NCBI GenBank assembly: GCA_023920165.1
Contig: CP089275.1
Location: forward strand, 248,001-312,000
Length of the DNA: 64,000 nucleotides
Source of the DNA: Curvularia clavata
Taxonomy: Eukaryota
Direction: 5' to 3'
Part shown: in pieces, positions 27,190 through 38,800 of the stretch
How the letters are laid out: every line of letters begins with the position of its first letter
How positions within the stretch are numbered: position 1 is the first letter of the stretch
The notes under the pieces: model-generated
Databases searched by the model: none
What the model was told of the DNA's origin: nothing
Seen by the model: the letters and a program-made list of their open reading frames with translations, nothing else
Made by a program: the position numbers and the translations under genes

Positions 27190-28200
27190 AACTCGTTCCA
27201 ACATGCAGTTTGTACCTCAATCATCATCGGAGGTTTTAGCCAGAACAAATATGTTTCTTGGTTCATCCAATTATCGCACTTGTTGCTGAGGCGAAATTCG
27301 AAATCCCAGATTGAATAGCTCATAACAAGTCTCATCTCATATTGTACCTAGCTGTAGAATGGTCAATATATTGCAATATTGATAACAAAAGGTGGAAGGA
27401 TCAAGTCGCAATGATTACACTTACTTTCTACCAAGACAAGCGCGTGGACCGACTGAGAGCGGATTGGAAGCTTTCTTGTCATTCCGTTGAAACTCGGTGG
27501 CATCTTCTGGTAAACATCGCTCGGGCACGAATGAGTCCGGCCGCACAAATCTCCGTGAGGAGTGGAGCATGTTCGCCGCAGGTGTTGGCTCCTCCTACAG
27601 GGATTAATCTTACGAGACTCTCGGGCGCGCCTGGATAAACCCTCATGGTCTCGTCTTAGACAGCGCCGAGATACACAAGCTTTGCCAAGGCCGCAAAGGT
27701 CATCTCTTCTTTTGACGTGAAATTTTCGTGGAGTTCTTGCTTCGGCTTTTCCAAGCATCGAGGATTCTTCAGAAGCAAGTATAGCGCTCCCGAGAGCACG
27801 TTTGACGTAGTCTCTGATCCGACGACCACGAAGAGTGCTGCGTTACCGAAAGACGTGCTTTCTTTCCATCGGCTCCACCAGTGATCAGCCCCCAAAGATC
27901 TGGGCGGTCGGTTTTCCTCGCCAACCTTTTTTTCACTTTGTCTTAAGCGAATTTTATATGGGCGTCCTGTTTCGCTTTCATCGACTTTGGTATTGATAGT
28001 GGCACATTCTTCGACGCGAACGGTGTGTAGTAAAGCACCACAATACAAATGGTGTCGTACCGCATGCATCTACGAAGTACCCTACCATCGCTATGGACTT
28101 GGGCAGCTGATCTATTTTCCAGAACCCTGGCTTGGTGGTTCGGAGACTTTGATAGCTCAAGATAATGCGCTATATAAACGGTCCGGCCAGTGTAGATCAC
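27190..28200 (-). pseudogene. Cytochrome P450 pseudogene
   Basis: I-helix VVGSETT; in-frame TAA (27656-27658) immediately before DETMRVYP (ExxR). The heme motif [12 protein letters not shown] (~27425-27462) is in another frame, followed by an intron and MRLVMSYSIWDFE...KPPM. No intact N-terminus seen. Confidence 0.85.
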
Positions 28201-28845
28201 ATTAATCTTAAGGCTGTGGAATTGCGAATCGGCTGATAAGCATGGTTTTTGACGTGGCTGAGTCTTCTTCCCAGTTTCCGTAGCACATGTTAGGCGATTA
28301 GGCCCTGGAAAATAACACAGAAATCGTGAAGAATCTCACTGTGGCATTTTTTGGTTGTTGAGTGCGTCTGGCACCAATGTTTGTCACGGGCGGGACGCCT
28401 GGCCAAAAATAACAGGTGCACAAAAACAGTATTATAGTACAAGTATATATTGTGGATCAGACTAGGGGTGAGGCTAAGTACAGGGCTGTTGCCAAGGCAC
28501 TAACGTCTAAAGGGGTGTAGCCCTTGGCTGTCCATCACAATGTTCGGATAAAACAAATACCAATCGTGACCCATAGAAATGTTGCGGTGTAGAGGGGATT
28601 CCGCATTCTTTTTCAATTCTCAAAATCTACACGACAGGAGTTCTCACAGACAGGAGCCTGTGGGACAATTCCAAAATCAATTACAGAGGGTTAAATCTTG
28701 CAAACAACGGCTTCAGAACGGATTGCGGTCGGCAATATATACATAGCTAAGCTAAGCTACGTTTTAGGTAAAAAGGTTAAGGAAGTTGATAGTCCAGCAT
28801 GCTGTAGAGAATTGACTAGGCTGGTTCTGGACATAAGACTGACAT

Positions 28846-28995
28846 GTGCTGCGTCTCAAGATGGAAATTGAGCCAGGAAAACCTCTGCTGTCTTACAGCC
28901 TCGACTCGCTATTAACTGTTGAACTGCGTGACTGGACATGGTATCGGCTTGGAGCAGAGGTCAGCACGCTGGACATTACGAATGCACGCTCGCTC
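28846..28995 (+). pseudogene. Orphan ACP fragment of a highly reducing PKS
   Basis: LRLKMEIEPGKPLLSYSLDSLLTVELRDWTWYRLGAEVSTLDITNARSL resembles the C-terminal HR-PKS ACP pattern (YGLDSL.AVELRNW...LG.E.S.LDI.NA.SL); no upstream PKS domains. Confidence 0.72.
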
Positions 28996-29262
28996 ATTTT
29001 CACAATTTATATACTCTTCATTCAGCAGGATGTCTCTCAGCCTACCAATCAAATATCAAAATTGTTCTATGCTACTCTTCTACATGATTGCTTCCTTCCT
29101 TGAGCATCCTTTCCTTGTATTGGATCACCCCCTCCTCATAACAACACCATCTGATCAAATTATGATTTCCGAATCATCAAGTATTCCCACTTAGATGACT
29201 CCCTGTCTGACCAGGTTCGGGTTCTTTGTGGCAAGGCTTCCATTAGAATCATCCGTTAGGAT

Positions 29263-29856
29263 TTACTTAGCGAGGCAATTCTGTGAGTAGTAGGTTGCGA
29301 ATGCAAGGGCCGCAGTTACGCAGCAGGCCGCAGCCTCGGCAAGTGTGTCCTTGAACCCACAAACTGCAACAGCCGATGCAAGGGTTCCAGTTGAGAAGCC
29401 GGCGCATGTTCTGCACGCGCCAGGATGAGGCGCGGAGTCGCAACTGTACTGACTCGCCACCCGTTGTTCAGTGGATGATTCGATCTCTTGGCAACTACGG
29501 GCTCGTTTGAATAGTTGGATGCCGGAATTTACAGTGCCCCGGACTTTGAGAGCTTGCATATCGAATAGCTTCTTTTCGAAGTCGTGTTCCAAGCTCATCT
29601 TCACCATGACGTCTGTGGTGGCGTTTGACACGCTGCTGGGAACGCACGACTTGGCATCCTGAGTGTTGATGCTGTTGAGGTCGGGAAAATCTGCTGGAAA
29701 GGGGATATCGAACTTGGTGGAAATGGCCTCGAGGCTAGAATGGATAGCTTGGATAGTCTCGACAGTAACGCAGTCCTGATTTCGAGCGGGGATTGCATCT
29801 GATGCAATCGTGGAGGCGGCAAAGACCAAGGTAACGATGGACGGGGAGAAATGCAT
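29263..29856 (-). CDS. Secreted prepro-protein (197 aa) with Kex2-type KR site and 8-Cys C-terminal domain
   Basis: Signal peptide MHFSPSIVTLVFAASTIAS; LFKR; C-terminal CDSAPHPGACRTC...AVAVC...AAACC...SQNC with two hydrophobic Ala-rich helices. Confidence 0.7.
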   Translation of the reverse strand: MHFSPSIVTLVFAASTIASDAIPARNQDCVTVETIQAIHSSLEAISTKFDIPFPADFPDLNSINTQDAKSCVPSSVSNATTDVMVKMSLEHDFEKKLFDMQALKVRGTVNSGIQLFKRARSCQEIESSTEQRVASQYSCDSAPHPGACRTCAGFSTGTLASAVAVCGFKDTLAEAAACCVTAALAFATYYSQNCLAK

Positions 29857-30872
29857 CTTGGTGAGATAGTGATAGTTCAACCTTTTAGAAAGAGTTATGC
29901 TTGCAAGATATGTCTGGAGTAGAGATGTGTGAGGCAATAGCAAGGAGAATCTTGCTCCTCTATATATATGTAATTTTTTTCTAGAGGACATAAGCACTAA
30001 AAATCTAGTTATCAGTCACAAGGTCCAGGACTACGTCCGGGCCGATTGTACTACTTGCTTCTACATCCCGTGCGAGATTACGAACACGAAGATTAGCAGT
30101 TAACAACACTTATTTTGTAGTAGAGGTACTAAGCAGGGGTTCCTAAAAGATTAGGCTATACTAGACGGCGATATTTATCACGGCGTACAGTTGTCCTGTG
30201 GAGCCACAACACGCAACGACGTACGCAATCAGAACAAAAGGTGCGAGATATACGGTCCAGCTAGAGATGTATTCGGCATAATGGAATCCTGAGAGAGTTT
30301 GGTTTTTACGTGACTATAACAATATACTGTCATCAATGCTGTAGGTAGACCGCTAGACCAGGTAAATCGGGCCTTGTAGTCGGCACGATACAATTGTATG
30401 AGGTGCTTAATTCGGTCGCTATTTCGATAAGTCACTGCCTCGCACACAGCTGCATAGTGTGAAAAAGCGTGCTTGATAACAGCACCTACATAGTGAATGA
30501 GCGTTGCCCCCATTTCAAGATTAGCACGCACTCCAGATACCCATGTGCACATATTACCCACTGGCTGTTGTAGCGTTAAGTACATATTATTAAAATGTAC
30601 AATACATCTTAAACACGGAAGGTGAGCCTTTGAAAAAACAAGCACGGCATCGTATTCGGCCTGATGCCCTTGAGTAGGACACTGGTACTATCAACAAACC
30701 CACTGTAAGACCTAGTTATTTAGACGGTGTGACTGAGTCAGAGAAAATGCCTCTATCCTAGGCAGACTGGAATGCTATAAAAACGCTGCATCTTTCTCAG
30801 ATCCAAGCCATCTGCACAGTGCTAAGACCTTCAAGCAAATCCACTTACGAGAATACCTTACTATCGAACACA

Positions 30873-31346
30873 ATGCGTTCATCAACCATCATTGCCGCGT
30901 TCCTTTCCCTTATGGGCAGGTAAGATGCCTCCACCCCATGATATCGTCTAGGTATCGTTAACCTTTGTTAACAAACTTCAGTGTGACTGCATCCAAACAC
31001 CACAACTGCGGTTGCACGATTCGTGGAAAGTATGATACGACCCTCAGCGGCAGTGCCTGTGCTCTTTGGAAAAGCATAGGCAATCCCAACACTCATTTCG
31101 GTAAGACTTCCAAACCCCTTCTACTCTTTTTGATCTAAAATACTAACGATTCTACAGATGGTTACTCTGTAAGTAACTTGAACTTGGTTTCCTACACAAT
31201 TAAGGCTTACTAACAATACAAAGTGCGTAGACCCCGGATCAGGCAGAGGAATTGACGGAGAGCCCTGGGAGATTAATTGCCAGAATGAATATTCAATTGC
31301 TAATGGGGGCGTTCCGGATGACGCTCGTGGATATTGCTGGCACTGA
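30873..31346 (+). CDS. Small secreted cysteine-rich protein (99 aa, 6 Cys), 4 exons; absent from ORF track
   Basis: Exons 30873-30919, 30982-31100, 31158-31168, 31224-31346 with GTAAG donors, TAAC branch sites and AG acceptors. Joined length is 300 nt and the frame is open: MRSSTIIAAFLSLMGSVTASKHHNCGC...AC...CVD...IDGEPWEINC...GYCWH*. Confidence 0.8.
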
Positions 31347-31369
31347 ACCTTACCTTGTAAGGTATTTAA

Positions 31370-32420
31370 ACTCTATTTGAGCTATACTGTAATACTAGAA
31401 GAGAAAAAGATTAGCGCAATGTAGTCTATCTAGTAGTCTAGAGCTTCTATCTCTTAGAGGAGTTCTTGTGGCTCGAGCATTGTTTTGAAGTATTCTTCTG
31501 CTTAACCTTATAATACTATTTCTATCCCATTTGCATGAAAATCCTCTAAGATGCCTCAGGGATTTATAATCCATGGGAGGCCGTGAGAGAGTCTAGAAGT
31601 TTCTTCTTTCAACCCCCTACTAGACGCTTTGTTCTGCTACACTCAAATCTCCCACTATTGGCCTGTCTAAGTGTAACGAGCTGGCGCCCTTTGGTCTTAC
31701 TCCTCGGTGGGATCTCGTGTTGTCTCACAGAATCCAGGTGCTCTGAGCAGCACCCGACTTCTGCACGCATCGTCCGAACGTCGCTCAGACGCCGGATCCT
31801 TGTCGGCCTGATCGATGCTCAAGCAACTGGTATTGTATATAGGCAGCTACTTAGTCTAGATGCTTAGCTCTCTATCGAATACAATCCATTGTATACCCAA
31901 GCCCTTGCTCCACGGAGCGCAGCCCCTTACATACGTTCCCTGCCTGAGGACCAGGGGTGTCTCCAGACATATCGTGATATTTCTCTGCGAAAACCAATCT
32001 TAGAGTCTTTTGCTACCAGTAACGAGAAAGAAGACTCGCTCCCCAGAGGCTGACCGTGAACGGTTGAGAAACCACTTGGGATGGACGACAGGTATCGCCG
32101 CAGGGCGACAATCACGTGACTATTAGCATCCCGCTAAGATTATACCCCTAGAGGACTAGTAGGGCGAGAGAGGCTATAGTCATCCTAAACCTCTCCCTCA
32201 GAGAGAAGGTATAGTTATAGGGAGAAGACTAGAAGCAATGGGTATAAGAGATAGATAGATTCTATTGTTACTTTTAACTATATTGTATAAATAAGCGGCA
32301 GACTACTTTTTAGTCTACTGAAAATTAAAAAGTTAAGATAAAATATATTAACCAGTTTACCATCTTAACTGTTTGGTAGGCGAGTTTTTATCTAGTTTCT
32401 AAGGGTCGTAATATAGTGAA
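31370..32420. other. Degenerate, partly RIP-like AT/TpA-rich relic sequence upstream of the PKS
   Basis: Stretches 31370-31560 and 32120-32420 are visibly rich in TAG/CTA/TAT and carry no long ORFs. No recognisable transposase motif was seen. Confidence 0.4.
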
Positions 32421-32877
32421 GCTCAGGCTTTCCGAAATTTGCGCTGGCGTGCGTGAAACGTTACCCCCCATTTCTAGGCGAGACTGGACTTGACTCGCAT
32501 GCGACACCTCACTCTTGCTCGGTGCTATTCTGATGCGTGATCAGAGGCCCGGCAGCTCACTCGGCGGCTCTAGACTAGAAACCCACAGTTCTAAACTTGA
32601 TCAAGAAATCAAGAGCAAATTGCTTCTATCTACCTCCCATATAAGGGCAAACTTCTTATCGAGCAACTACGCGGCATTTGTGTAGGCCCGTTTATGCGGA
32701 GAATGATCAGGTGAACTCAGCCTTGATACGAGGCGATCATATTCAATCGCGCGCATCTGGGGCATTGTACTGTATATAGTGAGGTATGAGCCATTGGAGT
32801 CAAAGCGAATAGCCCAGCTTTCGTTCCGAAATTTCATTGCACCTGTCCCTCCTACAGTTTCAAGTTGCTTCTTTATA

Positions 32878-35800
32878 ATGTCAAGCCGATCCGGTCAGTT
32901 TGCACCGTCTGTAGCGTTCTTCTGTCCACAGAGCAAGGCTCCGACAGAGGCGTACCTCGCACAACTACAGAAATACATCACACAAAGCCCTCGTCTGCAG
33001 CCTCTTGCAGAAGGCATCACTTCGTTGAAAGAGACGTGGGCCACACTTTGCAATGGCCATACGGACATTGCAAAATTCACAACAGGCAAGCGTCACGTCA
33101 TCAGTTTGGAACAATGGATTACCAATGGAATTGCTGGGCCTGTGTCCAATTCCATGTCTGGGATCCTTGCTTTACCTCTGCTCGTTGTCATCCAGACATG
33201 TCAATACTTCCAGTTGCTGGAGATGCACGACATTACACATTGCCAGGTGCTAGAAAGTCTGAAGAATGGTGGCGGTGCTCAGGGGTACTGCGGGGGTCTC
33301 CCTACAGCATTCGCTATCGCTTGCGCTAAGGACGAAGACCATGTCGTTCGCCTTTCGATTAAGGCTATGCGCATGGCCCTTGCGGTGGGAGCGTTTGGTG
33401 AACTTGGCGACGATGAGTCCATTGCTGGAGCGACAACAATCGCAGTACGATTGAGAGCCTCTCAACAAGGAGACGAGCTTATAAGAGGTATTACTGGAGT
33501 AAGTTCTCTTCTCATTGTTCTCCCTGCGATGCTTCATCTTTTACCGTTTTCTGCGTCCACACGGCCGTAATTCGGTTCGTCATGCGTGTCACCTGTCAGC
33601 ATTTAGCCGCCGGCGCACGCGATAACGGCCTGCTAACATCATCCAGTGTTATATCTCAGCGATAACTGATCCAAGAACTATCAGTATTGTGGGCCCCGTG
33701 CATGAGCTTAAGAAAGTGGCGGACAGAGCACGTGACCAAGGATTGATGGTTACTGATATCCACATCCGTGGGAAAGTACACAATCCGGAAAACGCGCCTT
33801 TAGTCAAGGTGCTCTTTGATCTATGTCAGAAACGTGATGAGATGAGCCTGCCTGACGCCAGTGAGCTGCGAGTTCCAGTGCGATCGAATCTGAACGGAAA
33901 ATTACTGGAAAGCGGTTCGCTAACCTACGAAGCGATAAACACTATCCTTGCCTCTCGCTGCGAGTGGTATCAGCTCTTGAAAGAGGTGGCGCAAGACCTA
34001 TCAAAATGTGATATCGACACTCACTCGTTGGTGTTGTTCGGTATCGGAGATCCTGTTCCTTTGATGCCGTTTCATAATGCTCGTTTGAGAGTATCGAAAG
34101 TGGAAGCTCATGTCGCTATCCAGAATGCCAACTTGGCCGAATACGAGTAGTAAGTTGTTCCAAAAGAATAATAGCATTGGTGTGCTGACATGAATGCTAG
34201 CCCCGAAAATGCCATCGCCATTACTGGAGCTTCATGTCGACTCCCGCGGGCAAACGATCTCGAGGAACTATGGAAACTCCTTGCAGCTGGCATATCGACT
34301 TGCGAAGAAGTGCGTTCCGATAGGGTTCCTTTGCACGAGAGCTTTCGGGCAATGCAGAATGAGAAATGGAAGCCAAAATGGTTCGGGAACTTCATCGATG
34401 GTGCGGATGAATTCGACTGGGCCTTCTTCCGCTCCAATGCCAAAGAGGCGGCCAGCATGGACCCTCAACAGCGCATTCTAATGGAATTGACATACCAAGC
34501 ACTGGACTCGGCCGGCTATCTTCGAAGGCATTATCGCGAAGACGGCGACAAAGTTGGGTGCTTTATTGGGGCAAGCTTCATCGAGTATACGGATAACACC
34601 GGTGCTCACCCGCCAACAGCATATACGGCGACTGGTACCATTCGGGCTTTTTTGTGCGGTAGAATCAGCCATTACTACGGTTGGACTGGACCCGCTGAAG
34701 TGATTGACACTGCCTGTTCGTCTTCACTTGTTGCCATTAACAGAGCCTGCCAATCAATCTGGTCTAACGAGTGTCCAATGGCCGTTGCTGGAGGGGTCAA
34801 TATCATATCTGGCGTTCACAACTACTTGAATCTTGGAAAAGCGGGTTTTCTGAGCCCTACTGGTCAATGCAAGCCATTTGATCAGTCAGCCGATGGATAC
34901 TGTCGTGCGGATGGTGCCGGAGTGGTAGTACTGAAACCCTTAAGGCAGGCTCTGGCGGATGGTGACCAGGTTTTGGCTGTGATACCGGCGTCCTCCACCA
35001 ACCAAGGCGGTTTATCTACAAATTTAACACTTACGCATCCACCAGCCCAAGTCGATCTGTATAGGTCGGTTCTCAAGAACGCCAGGATGAGCCCGGGCCA
35101 TGTTTCATATATCGAAGCGCATGGCACTGGCACAAAACAGGGCGACCCGCTAGAAGTCAGCAGCATTCGAGAAGTGTTTGGTGGGCCAGAGCGTCTAACC
35201 AAGGTATATCTTGGTTCGATCAAAGCCAACACTGGCCATGCAGAATCAGCAGCGGGTGTTGCTGGGCTGTTGAAGGTCATAGCCATGTTGCAGAAGAAAT
35301 CCATCCCGCCACATGCTTTGTTCAACACGTTGAATTCGAATATTCCAGCCTTGGCCCCAGACAGAATAGCAATAGCAAAAACTCTGGAGCGATGGGATGT
35401 CCCATTCAAAGCTGCTTGGGTCAACAATTACGGGGCGGCAGGGAGCAACGCAGCCCTTGTTGTTTGCGAAGGACCTCGAAAGGATGTTGGCAAAGCGTGA
35501 GTAGCAATCAGATGTAGACATGGCAAAACTAACACTCACTAGTAAGCAAAGGCCTGCCGGTATCGTGTACCCGATCATTCTTTCCGCTCTCACTACAGAG
35601 AGCTTGAAGGCTTACGCAAGATCACTAAGACTCTACATGAGCCAGAATGAGCTTGATGTAGCAGATCTTGCTTTTACTCTCTCTGAACGACGGAAGAGAC
35701 ATTCTGTGGCATGGATGACAACTGCCATGGATATCGAAAGCCTAAAACGTGAACTCTCTACGGATATCTCACCCTGCAGCATACCTGCCTCACCTAAAAA

Positions 35801-38800
35801 GGTGGTTCTTGCATTCTCTGGACAAAGTAAGCAGACAATCGGGCTATCAAGATCGCTATACGAGGCCAACCCTAGGCTACAACATTATATTAATGAGTGC
35901 GATCGAATTCTTGAGGCGCTTGGGTTCCCGTCTATCATCCCAAGTATATTTCAGAGCAAGAGCATCGAAGATCCCGTCTTGTTGCAAACAGGTACCATGG
36001 CTGTTCAATACGCAAGCGCCAGGTGCTGGGTCGATGCTGGCGTTCAACCTGCTTGCACGATAGGACACAGTTTTGGAGAGTTGACAGCATTAGCCGTCTC
36101 AGGTGTACTGTCCATTCAAGATGCCCTTCGAGTTGTTGCTACTCGAGCTCAGCTCATGGCAACCAAGTGGGGACCGGAGAAGGGCACCATGCTTGCAATC
36201 TTCGCGCCAGTTGGTGTTGTCAAACACGTCATTGATTTGGTCAAGGATGATACCTTGGAGATTGCTTGTTTCAATGCTTCGAACAATCAGGTCGTTGTTG
36301 GAACCGAGATTGCAGTGATGAACGTGGAGAAGTTGTTAGCACTTGACCCTTCGCTCGATGGGGTCAGAAGCCAAAGGCTTGACGTCACGCACGGATTTCA
36401 CTCCGCTTTTACGGAGCCACTACGAGATGAATTCGCCGAATCATTGAGGCCTTTAGCTTTTAAGACAGCTTCTATCCCGATTGAGCCATGTACAAGGCAA
36501 CGAACCGAAGCAATCACCGCTACGCATGTTGTATCGCATCTCCGAAAGCCGGTTTACTTTATGGACGCGGTCATGCGTATCGAGAAGCGGCTTGGAGATT
36601 GTTTCTGGCTTGAAGCAGGATTCGATTCGCCCATAATTCCGATGATCAAGCGTGCGACTGAAACTCCAGAACGACATTCATTCCGCGCTATCAAAACAAC
36701 CGGAATAGAGCGACCTTCAGAGGCCGTCATTCAAACAGCTATCGATCTATGGAAGGAAGGAATCGATGTTGTGCCGTGGCCTTTTCTGTCACCGTCTGAA
36801 ATCGGTGTGGGAGCGATCTGGCTGCCACCATACCAATTCCAGAAGACGAAAGCCTGGCTAGAGAATATAGACAGAGCTACCGAGATTAAGCGGAATTTCG
36901 CAAAGCTGGACTATCAAAAAGCCGACGTCGCACCTGTGCATCTCCCTATTCGTTTACTACATCATGGTGGATCGAGTGGTGGAAAGGAGAAATTTGCCAT
37001 CAATAATTCCGCAAGTCGTTTCCGAGAGGTCATCAATGGCCATGCGGTCAGAAGCCGACCGCTTTGTCCCGCTTCTATGTACATGGAATGCGTTGCAATG
37101 GCAGCCCATCTTCTTGGTGCAGACTTCAACTCCAGCTCAATGCTGTTTGAAGACCTGTCTTTCGAATCGCCATTGGGCGTGGATCTGAACCGCAAAGTGG
37201 AATTGAGTTTGGAAAATCCGGGCAAAGACAGCTGGAAGTTTGTGCTTTCGAGCTCGCCTGGCTCTACAGAAAGCTCGGGTCGTGTGACCGTCCATGGTAG
37301 AGGCAAGCTGCGTTTGACTGAGCCACGGTTTTCAACATACAAGCGTCTCATAGCCGACCGCTTCAACTCGATCCAATCGAGCCCTACTTCCGAAAAGCTG
37401 AACGGCGGTCGAGCGTATCAACTTTTCTCCAAAGTCGTTGATTATGCTGATTTTTTTCAAGGAATGCAAAGCATTACTATCGACAAGAATGAAGCCCTGG
37501 CTCAAATCCGTATGCCAGACAAACTTATCGGAGGGGACGAAAGCACGGTTAAAAAATACTGCGACACCGTCTCTATTGATGCATTCATTCAGGTGTCCGG
37601 TTTACTCATCAACAGCAGCATGGCGTGCCCTCAAGGCCAAGTTTTCGTCGCCTCAGGATTGGAAAGCATTGCTATGTCCAGACTTTGCGATTTCGACTTG
37701 AATAAGGAATGGGATGTCTATGCAATCTTCTCTCTTATTGATGATGTGCATGCAACAGGCGACGTCTTTGTTCTGACTAAAGACGGCGAGATCGCGATGA
37801 CAGCGGTCGGTGTAGGGTTCCATCGCCTGGAGATAGCGAAGCTCGAACGAACACTTGATGCAGCGAACGGTTCCAATCGCAGTACGAAACTGGCTCAGCC
37901 TCCCGCCTTCAGCCCTACTCCGGCCGAGAGTCTTCCAGAGCTGACATCGGACGACTCTTCGGATTCTTCAAGCGCTTCTTCAGTCATTGAAGACGAACTT
38001 GACGACCGAGAGACTAAATTGAAGGAAATGATATCCACGTACACTGGTGCACCAGGTGATTTCATCTCCTCGGCTACATGCATTGGCGATCTCGGTGTTG
38101 ATTCACTCGCGTCAGTCGAACTCGCTGACGAGATCAACGAGAAATTTGGTACAGCCGTCTCTCCTGACGAAATACTTGCGAAAAGTTTTGGCACCTTGTA
38201 CCAAATGGTGTTCCCTAATGTCACTAAGGTCATCAGGAAGCAACATAACATACGCAAGCCGCAAGCCATAACAGCGGCTCAGTTCGTTGCTCAGACGCCT
38301 GAGCCAGCGCCAGAACCTCATCAAATATCGAAAATGGAGTCCAGTGTAGTCGCCAACAAGTCACATAACGGCGTTCGGAAAGCCAAATTGTTCGAGCTTA
38401 TTTCCGAGTTATGCGGCGTTGATGTAAACCACATTGAAGAACATCAATCTCTGCAAGACCTCGGATTCGATTCGCTTTCGACCACCGAACTCACATCCTG
38501 TTTATCAGATGAGTTCAATGTCATTGTTGACAACAACGACACTATCCTTGACTATTATGTGAAAGACCTAATGGAGAAGGTCGGAATCTCTTCACCAAAA
38601 CTGAGCACTTTTACCCCCAAGCCTTCTCCAACCTCCCTGGCGAACGCTGTACCTGCAAGTGTTCTCGATAAGCCTGCAATCACCACCGACCCATTTCAGT
38701 CTCTGCTAGCATCAGAGTCCTCGCTCCAGGAATTCGCATCTTCTTGTCAATTCACGGGTTATTTGGCCAAAGTTGCTGCTCGTCAAGATGAGCTACTACT

